From an uncultured Bacteriovoracaceae bacterium (GTDB taxonomy: Bacteria > Bdellovibrionota > Bacteriovoracia > Bacteriovoracales > Bacteriovoracaceae), in NCBI GenBank assembly GCA_964012805.1, contig CAXGUD010000075.1:1-12771 (forward strand): a stretch of 12,771 nucleotides of DNA. Reading direction: 5' to 3'. Below the pieces are notes generated by a model that was not told the origin of the DNA, did no database searches, and saw only the letters and a program-made list of their open reading frames with translations. A program made the position numbers and the translations under genes. Shown piece after piece: positions 1 to 7,580 of the stretch (positions are counted from its first letter, which is position 1; each line of letters begins with the position of its first letter).

Positions 1-447
1 GACACATATCTCGTTGTGGTTTCAGGTGGTGGTAATAAATTATATAAGGAAAAAGTTTTAAAAGCGATTAAGGACAATAAGTTAGAAGATAAAGTTATTT
101 TTAAAAAATCTTTACCAAATGATTCTTTACCTTATCTTTACCAAGGTGCTTTGTCTTTAATATTTCCATCATTTTATGAAGGGTTTGGGATTCCTATTAT
201 TGAATCTATGTTCTCTGGGACCCCAGTGATCACTTCTAAGGATGGATGCTTTAAAGAAGCTGGAGGTCCTCGTACTCTTTATATAAACCCTTCATCTGTA
301 GAAGATCTTTCCGAAGCAATGTTTCTACTATTAAGGAATGAGTTATTAAGACGTGAGATATCTATAGAAAGCTCAGAGTTTGTTAAAAAGTTCCACTTTA
401 AAAATACTTCTCGAATTTTGAGATCTATTTATCAAGAGCTTTTGTAA
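1..447 (+). CDS. Glycosyltransferase family 4 (GT-B), C-terminal part; 5'-truncated by window
   Basis: Frame 1 is open from base 1 (DTYLVVVSGGG...). It contains the GT4 signature FPSFYEGFGIPIIESMFSGTPVITS (E-x7-E). Stop TAA at 445-447. Confidence 0.92.
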   Translation, partial: DTYLVVVSGGGNKLYKEKVLKAIKDNKLEDKVIFKKSLPNDSLPYLYQGALSLIFPSFYEGFGIPIIESMFSGTPVITSKDGCFKEAGGPRTLYINPSSVEDLSEAMFLLLRNELLRREISIESSEFVKKFHFKNTSRILRSIYQELL

Positions 448-454
448 AATAGAA

Positions 455-673
455 CTACAATTTCGTGGGTGTAAGATAGAGCTTATATAACTTATCTTTT
501 GTTCTTCGAATCGTGCAGCTTCCACTTGTTTTTTTATCAATTAGGTAATCATAAAAATCAGGAAGAGTATCGGCTACTTCCAAGACGGACTTTCCTTCAT
601 GCTCCCCAAAATCAATAAAAACTCGATCTTCTTCAAGAATGCCTGTGAGTGGACTTTGATTTTCTTGTGCCAT
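455..673 (-). CDS. Small hypothetical protein (72 aa) with ExoX C-terminal-like/DUF3820-like FGxxxG motif
   Basis: Strong SD AAGGAGG (685-679) lies 5 nt before the ATG at 673; the ATG at 676 is too close to it. IDFGEHEGKSVLEV...PDFYDYL resembles the MPFGKYKGxxxxEV...xxYLxWL pattern. Family assignment is by eye. Confidence 0.7.
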   Translation of the reverse strand: MAQENQSPLTGILEEDRVFIDFGEHEGKSVLEVADTLPDFYDYLIDKKTSGSCTIRRTKDKLYKLYLTPTKL

Positions 674-749
674 CATTCCCTCCTTAGAATTTATTTGATA
701 GCAATCCTTTGCTCTCTATTGATTATTTTTATTCAAGAATTGTGAAATG

Positions 750-767
750 AAAAGAATTAATTCTTTT
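750..767. promoter_or_regulatory. Perfect 18-bp palindrome AAAAGAATTAATTCTTTT (operator candidate or weak hairpin)
   Basis: Self-reverse-complementary and intergenic, between the HD-like gene stop (802) and the small gene start (673). Function unknown. Confidence 0.35.
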
Positions 768-781
768 AAGTTGGATGTCTT

Positions 782-796
782 AAATTTTGAAAAAAG
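782..796 (+). repeat. 15-bp direct repeat AAATTTTGAAAAAAG, copy 1
   Basis: Identical to 1836-1850; the two copies flank the 802-1815 gene. Confidence 0.6.
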
Positions 797-801
797 ATCT
801 T

Positions 802-1815
802 TTATCTTTTAACAAAAAACCTTTTAAAAAAGTTAACTAAAACAGTAAATTCTTTTGGATAATCTTTTATCATTATTTTTTTTATAACAATAAGAGATTC
901 AAAAAGACTTTTCGTTTCTCTAAAAGGTCTTTTACTTGTCATACCAGCTATTATATCCATTACGGATACTAGTAATGTTTCAAAACCAAGTATAATACTT
1001 TCATTATTTTCGGACTTTATTTGTTTCAAATCTTTATTAATGAGACTGTGGTATACGTGATGATGCTTGATTATATTAAGGTTACTTAAATTTAGTGGTA
1101 AACGACCAAAAAGATATTTTACTGAAACATTGGGGTGGTTGGAGAATATTTTTTTTTCTCTCTCCGTTTTTATTACTCCTTCATAGTTTTCAAAAGGAAT
1201 TGATGACATGCCAATATCTTTAAAATAACTAGTAATAAATAAGCTTTCCATTTCTTTTTTATTGTAAAAATTTTGTTTCAATAAAAACCTGATGAGGTTT
1301 AATGATGATATTAATGGTTGATTAATAATATAATAATGTTGTTGGTTATAAATTTCCTGAAATAAGAAGGGTAAAATCTCTTCGTTTTCTAAGACTAAAT
1401 TAAAAGTGCTAATTATACTCTGGTATTGGAGGTTTAGTTGGTCATCAGATTGAGGGTTTTGATATAGATATTTTAAATTTAATGAAAGTAGATTAATCAA
1501 TCTTTTTATATTTTTTGAATTTTTACTCATTGATATAGAGCGTATGGTTTTTCTAAGGTTTTCTTGTTGATGATTTTTAATTTCCTCATACTCATAAGAG
1601 TCGATAAAAATATTTCCATCAGTTTTTTTAATAATAAAGCTAAGAGCTTCTTTATTAATGGGAGAGTCCTTTTTGTATATTTCCTGAAAAATTTTATCAT
1701 TATTAATGTAAAAAATTGTTGCTGGAGAATACTGAAAATAGAAGAGATCTCTAATTGAGATAGGTTTTAGGTGGAGAGTCAGATTATTTTGCTCTATTGT
1801 ATCATACCAAATCAT
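802..1815 (-). CDS. Degenerate HD-GYP-like (HD-domain) protein
   Basis: YFKDIGMSSIP stands in place of LHDIGK. It is followed by NHP, IIKHHH and MDIIAGMTSKRPFR (cf. ADxxDAxTSxRPYR), with no ExxDGxGYP motif. No clear SD. Confidence 0.75.
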   Translation of the reverse strand: MIWYDTIEQNNLTLHLKPISIRDLFYFQYSPATIFYINNDKIFQEIYKKDSPINKEALSFIIKKTDGNIFIDSYEYEEIKNHQQENLRKTIRSISMSKNSKNIKRLINLLSLNLKYLYQNPQSDDQLNLQYQSIISTFNLVLENEEILPFLFQEIYNQQHYYIINQPLISSLNLIRFLLKQNFYNKKEMESLFITSYFKDIGMSSIPFENYEGVIKTEREKKIFSNHPNVSVKYLFGRLPLNLSNLNIIKHHHVYHSLINKDLKQIKSENNESIILGFETLLVSVMDIIAGMTSKRPFRETKSLFESLIVIKKIMIKDYPKEFTVLVNFFKRFFVKR

Positions 1816-1835
1816 ACACTTTTTATTTTACGAGG

Positions 1836-1850
1836 AAATTTTGAAAAAAG
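1836..1850 (+). repeat. 15-bp direct repeat AAATTTTGAAAAAAG, copy 2
   Basis: Identical to 782-796. Confidence 0.6.
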
Positions 1851-1875
1851 TAGGACCGGTAGAAATGGAATGTTC

Positions 1876-2766
1876 TTATCTATCAAGTTTTGGATCTAAT
1901 ACATCTCTAAGACCATCTCCAAATAAGTTGAAGCCTAGGACTAGAAGTAAAATGCAGATACCTGGGGAGGTGGCCATCCAAGGGGCACTTTCTATAAATG
2001 GTTTAGCATCTGAAAGCATAATTCCCCATTCTGCCAGAGGAGGTTGAGCACCTAAACCTAAGAAGCTTAAAGCGGCTGCATTTAAAATAGCATCGCTAAA
2101 GCTCAAGCTTCCTTGAACAATAAGGGGGGCCAAACAATTAGGGAAAATTTCAAGAAATAATGTTCTAAATGGGGATGCACCAAAAGCTTCAGATGCTGCT
2201 TTATATTCCTTTTCTTTTTCAACAAGTACTGTTGACCTTACAATTCTTGTAAAGCCAGGTATGGAAACGATACTGACAGCAAAGACAGCATTTTTAATAC
2301 CTGGGCCTAAAAGAGTTACAATAACAATTGCCAGGAGAATACTTGGAAAAGACATAATTATATCAATTACTCTCATGATAACTCGGTCCAAGGTTCCACC
2401 AAAATAACCAGAAATAAGACCAAGAAGGGTTCCGAGGGTAAGGGAAAGGATAACAACAAAGAAACCAATAAAGATAGAAACTCTTGAACCGTATATAAGG
2501 CGACTAAATATATCTCTTCCCAAATCATCAGTACCTAGAAAAAAAGTTGATTGTCCTTGAGAGCTCCATGAAGGAGGGACTTTGAGCGCATCTTCATAAA
2601 TTGTTCCAGGGTCATGATGGACAAAAAGAGGAGCAAACAATGCAGTTATTAAAAAGAATAAGATTATAAAAAGGCCTATCGAAGCTCCTTTATGACGAGT
2701 TATTTTTTTTAGAAATGATGGCTTATAATTTTCTATAAAGGTTTCTTCTGATTCATTGGCTTTCAT
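1876..2766 (-). CDS. dppC: Dipeptide ABC transporter permease DppC
   Basis: FFLGTDDLGRDIFSRLIYGSR motif; EAA loop EYKAASEAFGAS; LSFLGLGAQPPLAEWG; C-terminal GFNLFGDGLRDVLDPK. Confidence 0.95.
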   Translation of the reverse strand: MKANESEETFIENYKPSFLKKITRHKGASIGLFIILFFLITALFAPLFVHHDPGTIYEDALKVPPSWSSQGQSTFFLGTDDLGRDIFSRLIYGSRVSIFIGFFVVILSLTLGTLLGLISGYFGGTLDRVIMRVIDIIMSFPSILLAIVIVTLLGPGIKNAVFAVSIVSIPGFTRIVRSTVLVEKEKEYKAASEAFGASPFRTLFLEIFPNCLAPLIVQGSLSFSDAILNAAALSFLGLGAQPPLAEWGIMLSDAKPFIESAPWMATSPGICILLLVLGFNLFGDGLRDVLDPKLDR

Positions 2767-2793
2767 TTTTTTCTCAACTTTCTTTAGGTGGAT

Positions 2794-3810
2794 TTACCTC
2801 ATCTTTGGATTAATGATTGAATAAAGAATATCTACTGTTAAATTGATCGTGACCACTATGAGCCCAATAAAAAGTACCCCGCCTTGTATAACAGGGTAAT
2901 CTCGTCCATTGACAGCATCAAGAATCCATTTTCCTATCCCAGGCCAGCTAAAAATGGTCTCAGTTAAAATAGCACCAGTAATAATGCTTCCAAACATTAG
3001 ACCAATTACTGTTGTTATAGGTACTAGTGCATTTCTCAAGGCATGTTTGCAAATTACATAAAATGGAGAGAGTCCTTTTGACTTAGCAGTTCTTATGTAA
3101 TCTTCTTTGAGAACTTCTAATAGGCTAGATCGGGTCATTCTAGCAATAACTGCTAATGGTATGGTTCCCATTGCAATTGAGGGCAGGATAAGGTGCCTTA
3201 GTGCACTAAAAAATGCACTAAAGCCTTCTTCTTCAACGACTTCTTTTTGAAGGCTATCGATGAGCATAAAACCAGTAAGAGGTTCTATATCATAAAGGAC
3301 GCTTATCCTTCCAGAGACAGGGGTAATCCCAAGGTTTACTGAGAAAATAATAATAAGAATTAATCCCCACCAAAAAATCGGCATTGAGTAGCCAACAAGA
3401 GAGCCTGTCATGAACAAATAATCTAAAAAAGAGTTTCTCTTTATTGCCGCAACAATGCCCAATGGAATACCGATTGTTAAAGCAAAAAATAGGGCAACAA
3501 CTCCGAGTTCTAAAGTTGCTGGAAAAAGTGTTTTAAATTCTTCCCAAACACTATTTTTAGAAATTATAGATGTACCGAAATCTCCTGAAAAAGCTTTTGT
3601 TATAAAACTCCAGTATTGTTCATACCATGGAAGGTCTAGCCCTAAAGATGTTTTCATCTTTTCGTATACAATAGGGTCCGAACCTCTTTCTCCCAGGAGA
3701 AGCATAACTGGATCTCCTGGGATAAGTCTTATGAGAAGAAATGCTATCAGGCTTATCCCGATAGCAGTTGGAATTACATCAAGAAATTTTATGAAAAGCT
3801 TTTTACTCAT
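2794..3810 (-). CDS. dppB: Dipeptide ABC transporter permease DppB
   Basis: LIPGDP, LFPATLEL, GYSMPIFWWG, EDYIRTAKSKGL (EAA loop), TETIFSWPGIG and RDYPVIQG motifs. Confidence 0.95.
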   Translation of the reverse strand: MSKKLFIKFLDVIPTAIGISLIAFLLIRLIPGDPVMLLLGERGSDPIVYEKMKTSLGLDLPWYEQYWSFITKAFSGDFGTSIISKNSVWEEFKTLFPATLELGVVALFFALTIGIPLGIVAAIKRNSFLDYLFMTGSLVGYSMPIFWWGLILIIIFSVNLGITPVSGRISVLYDIEPLTGFMLIDSLQKEVVEEEGFSAFFSALRHLILPSIAMGTIPLAVIARMTRSSLLEVLKEDYIRTAKSKGLSPFYVICKHALRNALVPITTVIGLMFGSIITGAILTETIFSWPGIGKWILDAVNGRDYPVIQGGVLFIGLIVVTINLTVDILYSIINPKMR

Positions 3811-3819
3811 TTAATAATC

Positions 3820-5421
3820 CTATAGGAGGTCAATTTCTCTAAAGATATCTCCTCCAAGAGGATCTATTTTATATCCTTTAACCCTATTATCCATGGCCCT
3901 AAAAACTACTGAATGTGCCAGTGGAACCCATGGAAGCTCATTGTTAAAAATTTGTTGTGCCTTTCTGTAAAGGTATTTTCTTTTATTAGTATCTAAGGTT
4001 CTTTTTGCTTCTAAAATAATATCATTAAATTTTTTATGGCACCAATTGGCCAGATTGCCTCCGGAAGCTATAGATGCACACCCAAGAAGAACTCCTAAAA
4101 AGTTATCTGGATCACCATTATCTCCAGTCCAGCCCATTTGAATCATTTGATGTTCACCTTTTCTAGACTTCGCAAGGTATGTAGGCCAGTCGTACGTGAT
4201 TAACTTAGCTTTAATTCCAATCTTAGCAAGATCTTGTTGCATCATCTCACCCATCTTTTTTCCATTAGGGTTATAAGGCCTTGATACAGGAAGCGTCCAA
4301 ATCTCTGTTTCAAAACCATTTGGATATCCAGCTTTTTTAAGAAGCTCTTTCGCCTTTTTCAAATTGTAATGATAAGGATTTGTTTTTTCATTGTAGGACC
4401 ATAGAGAGGGGGGGAGAGGGTTTTTTGCAGGAATCGCATTACCCATATAGATTGCTTTAATATAAGATTTTTTATTGAGGGCCAAGTTTATAGCTTTTCT
4501 TACCAAAAGCTTTTTAAAAGGGCCTTTTTTTACATTCATCGCAAGGTACCCAACATTAAAACCTGGTCCTTTTAAGACTCTTAGTTTTTGATTAGATTGC
4601 ATGGAAGCTAGGTCAGAAGGAGCTGGTTCGTTGATAAGATGACATTCACCAGTTTTCAGTTTTTGATATCTGGTATTTGAATCTTTTGTAATTGAAAAAA
4701 TTAAATTATCAATTTTTGCCATTCCTAAAAAAAACTCTTTGTGGGCTTTGTACCTTATAAGGGAGTCCTTTAAATATTTTCTAAACTTAAAAGGCCCTGT
4801 ACCAATTGGATACATATCTATTCTATCTTTTTTTCCTTGCTTTATAAGTTGATCTCCATATTCTTTTGATAGAATACTCATAAAGCTCATGGCCATATTT
4901 GATAAAAAAGGAGCTTCAGGTTTATTAAGTGTTATTTTGATTTCATAGTCGTTAACCTTTTTTATATCCTTTATTAGTTTTCCCATTTCCATATATTGCC
5001 AATATTCGTAAAGGCCTCCATTGATCTTGTGGTAAGGGTGCTCTTTAAGCCTCTGCCTATTGTAAGAAAAAAGAACATCGTCAGCATTAAAGTCTCTAGA
5101 AGGAGTAAAATATTTTGTTTTGTGAAACTTAACTCCTTTCCTTAATTTAAAAGTGAAAACTTTTTTATCCTTTGAAACTTTCCAGGAGGTGGCAAGAGCT
5201 GGAACAAGCTCTGTTGAGCCATATTTAAACTCAATAAGCCTATTGTATATTGTATGTGATGAAGCATTATTAGATGTTCCATCGGTTGTTATTTGTGGGT
5301 TGAAGGCACTTGGGCTTCCTTCTGAACAGTAAATAAAGTTTTTAGCGGCAAAAGCTGTTTGTGAAAGAATAAAAAAAAGTGCCAACATAAGTGGAAATTT
5401 TTTTTTGATTTTTAAGTACAT
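3820..5421 (-). CDS. dppA: Dipeptide ABC transporter periplasmic binding protein DppA (SBP family 5)
   Basis: Signal peptide ending TAFA; mature N-terminus FIYCSEGSPSAFNPQ; PIGTGPF, RPYNPNG and GWTGDNGDPDNF as in DppA; four Cys placed like the two DppA disulfides; SD AGGAG 8 nt upstream. Confidence 0.95.
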   Translation of the reverse strand: MYLKIKKKFPLMLALFFILSQTAFAAKNFIYCSEGSPSAFNPQITTDGTSNNASSHTIYNRLIEFKYGSTELVPALATSWKVSKDKKVFTFKLRKGVKFHKTKYFTPSRDFNADDVLFSYNRQRLKEHPYHKINGGLYEYWQYMEMGKLIKDIKKVNDYEIKITLNKPEAPFLSNMAMSFMSILSKEYGDQLIKQGKKDRIDMYPIGTGPFKFRKYLKDSLIRYKAHKEFFLGMAKIDNLIFSITKDSNTRYQKLKTGECHLINEPAPSDLASMQSNQKLRVLKGPGFNVGYLAMNVKKGPFKKLLVRKAINLALNKKSYIKAIYMGNAIPAKNPLPPSLWSYNEKTNPYHYNLKKAKELLKKAGYPNGFETEIWTLPVSRPYNPNGKKMGEMMQQDLAKIGIKAKLITYDWPTYLAKSRKGEHQMIQMGWTGDNGDPDNFLGVLLGCASIASGGNLANWCHKKFNDIILEAKRTLDTNKRKYLYRKAQQIFNNELPWVPLAHSVVFRAMDNRVKGYKIDPLGGDIFREIDLL

Positions 5422-5461
5422 AAGAAAGCTCCTAGAGGTTTTAAGGATGGGGATCTAAGAA

Positions 5462-5490
5462 ATTCTGTTTAATTTTGTGGGAATTGACAA
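5462..5490 (-). promoter_or_regulatory. Candidate sigma70 promoter for dppABC
   Basis: Minus strand reads TTGTCA-17 nt-CAGAAT, about 40 nt upstream of the dppA ATG. Confidence 0.4.
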
Positions 5491-5518
5491 GGTACATTAG
5501 GTAAAAAAAGTGGTTTTA

Positions 5519-5547
5519 GGAGCCCAATAATTATTGGGTTGAGCTCC
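5519..5547 (-). terminator. Hairpin over the protease stop codon (possible terminator or 3' stabiliser)
   Basis: Perfect 16-bp palindrome CCCAATAATTATTGGG (5523-5538), extendable by GGAG/CTCC across a bulge. The U-run is about 9 nt away rather than adjacent, so it is non-canonical. Confidence 0.35.
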
Positions 5548-6334
5548 ATTTGTAAAGAGGCTTCTCGGACTTTACGTATTCTATAATTTTGTTGATTTTA
5601 ATAGCACCATTATAAATTCCCATACCAGGCCTTGATTCACTCATTGTTGAAAGGCCGGAATTGTGGAGACCTATGACTTTTCCTGTTAAAACTGAAATAA
5701 CTGGTGCACCGGAGGAGCCAGATAAAGTGTCGCCGGTGTGGAAAAACCTGTTGTTTTCAACATTTGGAAGAACTTCTCCCTCTGATATGAGTTTTCGAGG
5801 TGAACAGTTTCTCCCACGAAGATAATCACAATTATGATGAACAATATGGACATCCATATAAGCAGAATCTTCTCCACTTGATAGCTCAAGGTGTCCATAT
5901 TCATCGCCCAATGCTTCGACACACTCAACGATAGCAAAATCGAGCTCTTTATTTGCCAAAATAAAATTTGGGCAAGAGTATGAGCTGTTTTTTAAAAATG
6001 GCTTTCCACTATAATCCAAGTCCCATTTTTGAAGGGTAAAAATGGTCTTCTCTGCTTCAAATTTACCAGAAATACAATGATGATTAGTCATGACGGCTTT
6101 AGGTCCAATCAGAAAACCGGTGCATCTATGATCTCCAATGATTAGTTTTCCTACTGGACGGGTATAGCTTAAACTCTGTTCTGTTTCTTTATCAACAAAG
6201 CTCCAGTCAGGAAGTTCTTCCCCAACGATCACCTTTGAAGGGTTTGTTGTGAGTTCTGTTAAGTGGCCACTTTGTGGTCCACATGAAACCAAGATAATGA
6301 GAGACAAAAATAGGAAAAAAGCCTTTAAACTCAT
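5531..6334 (-). CDS. Trypsin-like (S1, V8/Trypsin_2-type) serine protease, predicted lipoprotein
   Basis: Lipobox LVS-C18; CTGFLIG...MTNHHC (catalytic His), LDFAIV (Asp) and DTLSGSSGAPV (Ser) give a complete triad. Confidence 0.9.
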   Translation of the reverse strand: MSLKAFFLFLSLIILVSCGPQSGHLTELTTNPSKVIVGEELPDWSFVDKETEQSLSYTRPVGKLIIGDHRCTGFLIGPKAVMTNHHCISGKFEAEKTIFTLQKWDLDYSGKPFLKNSSYSCPNFILANKELDFAIVECVEALGDEYGHLELSSGEDSAYMDVHIVHHNCDYLRGRNCSPRKLISEGEVLPNVENNRFFHTGDTLSGSSGAPVISVLTGKVIGLHNSGLSTMSESRPGMGIYNGAIKINKIIEYVKSEKPLYKWSSTQ

Positions 6335-6464
6335 ACAAGCTATACCAAGTTATTAGTTTTTCTTATGAAGTCTGATTAGAAATTCTTATCATTTGATAGG
6401 CAAGAAGGCTAGGCTTTATTGTCTATAGAGAGGAGTTGTTGTTTTTTTTCTTAGTGTTTTTGAG

Positions 6465-7193
6465 TTAATTATTTAGTTTTACCGGGATGCTGCGGTTAAT
6501 AATGATCTCTTTTTTTGACATGGAGCATTGGTAGGCAAGAATAAGAACCCCCTCCTTGTTAGCTTTTTTAAGTAGCTCTGAATATACGGGATCTATTTCT
6601 TTTGCTGGCGCAAAATAATCCACATCCTCTCTTTGGACAATAAAAAGAAGTGCTGCATTATATCCTTCTTTGTGTAATCTTATTAATTCTTGAATATGTT
6701 TTTGCCCTCTAGTGGAAACAGCATCTGGAAAAAGAGCTGCTTTTTTTTGATGATCATCTCCTTTGAGCGTTACATTTTTTATTTCTACAAAAAATTGATC
6801 TTTTTTAGTATCAGCATCTTTTTCTTTTGAGAGTAAAAGGTCTATTCGACTATCACCCGTTTTGACTTCAGGCTTAATGAAAGGGTAACCCTTTAATTCT
6901 TTAATTAAACCATTTTCGATGGCCTCTTTAGCTAGCTTATTAGGTAGAGATGTGTTGATTCCTATCCAAGTTTTACCATTATGAGTCATTTCGAGGGAGT
7001 ATTTCAACTTTCTTTTGGGGTTATCATGAAAGCTGATTATTGCTTTCCAGCCTGGTTCCCAGCAAGTTTTCATACTCCCTGTGTTTGCTGTGTGTGCGGT
7101 AATAATTTCACCGCTTGGCAATTGGATATCTGCCAGAAACCTTTTATATCTTTTAAGAATAGTTCCCTCTTTAAGGGGCGTTAAAAATTTCAT
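6465..7193 (-). CDS. sfsA: DNA/RNA nuclease SfsA (sugar fermentation stimulation protein)
   Basis: KRYKRFLAD, AHTANTGSM, SRIDLLL, FVEIKNVTL and FPDAVSTRGQKH motifs. Start moved from the track's TTG at 7226 to ATG 7193, which has SD GAGGT 6 nt upstream. Confidence 0.95.
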   Translation of the reverse strand: MKFLTPLKEGTILKRYKRFLADIQLPSGEIITAHTANTGSMKTCWEPGWKAIISFHDNPKRKLKYSLEMTHNGKTWIGINTSLPNKLAKEAIENGLIKELKGYPFIKPEVKTGDSRIDLLLSKEKDADTKKDQFFVEIKNVTLKGDDHQKKAALFPDAVSTRGQKHIQELIRLHKEGYNAALLFIVQREDVDYFAPAKEIDPVYSELLKKANKEGVLILAYQCSMSKKEIIINRSIPVKLNN

Positions 7194-7194
7194 T

Positions 7195-7495
7195 TTATAC
7201 CTCAATTCTTTTTTCAAAAGTAGCAACCTTGTTATAAAGACTCCTTCCAGGTGAGATAGGAAGAGAGCTTATAATTGGGGTTTTGATGACTAAGGACTGG
7301 TTTAGGGCCAAACCCTTTACCAGAAAAATGTCAGATCCTTCTGGAGCGACTTCAAATGATTTACTTAATTTTTGGTACAGCTTTTTTTTTTACACTATCT
7401 ATAAAGGGGTCCTCTTTATGGGCGCCTTTAGGAGATGGGGATGCGTTAGCTGTAAATATAGTCGTAAGGAAGAAAAAGATTGTGAACAACCTCAT
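7195..7495 (-). pseudogene. Secreted hypothetical protein gene frameshifted at an A10 tract (44 aa as read; 99 aa if A9)
   Basis: SD AAGGAG (7509-7504), 8 nt spacer, ATG at 7495; signal peptide MRLFTIFFFLTTIFTANA|SP; stop at 7363-7361. The +1 frame is open from the A tract to TAA 7197-7195, 1 nt before the sfsA ATG. Confidence 0.75.
7382..7391 (-). repeat. Homopolymer A10 (T10 on + strand)
   Basis: Directly visible and confirmed by the GCT TTT TTT TTT ACA codons of the shadow ORF. It coincides with the frame switch. Confidence 0.9.
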
Positions 7496-7580
7496 AGGAA
7501 GTTCTCCTTTTATGTTGCAGAGACATTTTGATAAATATATAAGGACCGAAACCCAGTTTTATAAACAAGAAGGCGAATAA

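Noticed and set aside
6378..6398. Fur-box-like AATGATAAGAATT (minus strand) upstream of the protease
   Set aside because: About 11/19 match in very AT-rich sequence is too weak.
7194..7226. Longer sfsA start at TTG 7226
   Set aside because: ATG 7193 has an SD and gives a typical SfsA N-terminus. The extension overlaps the upstream gene's tail.
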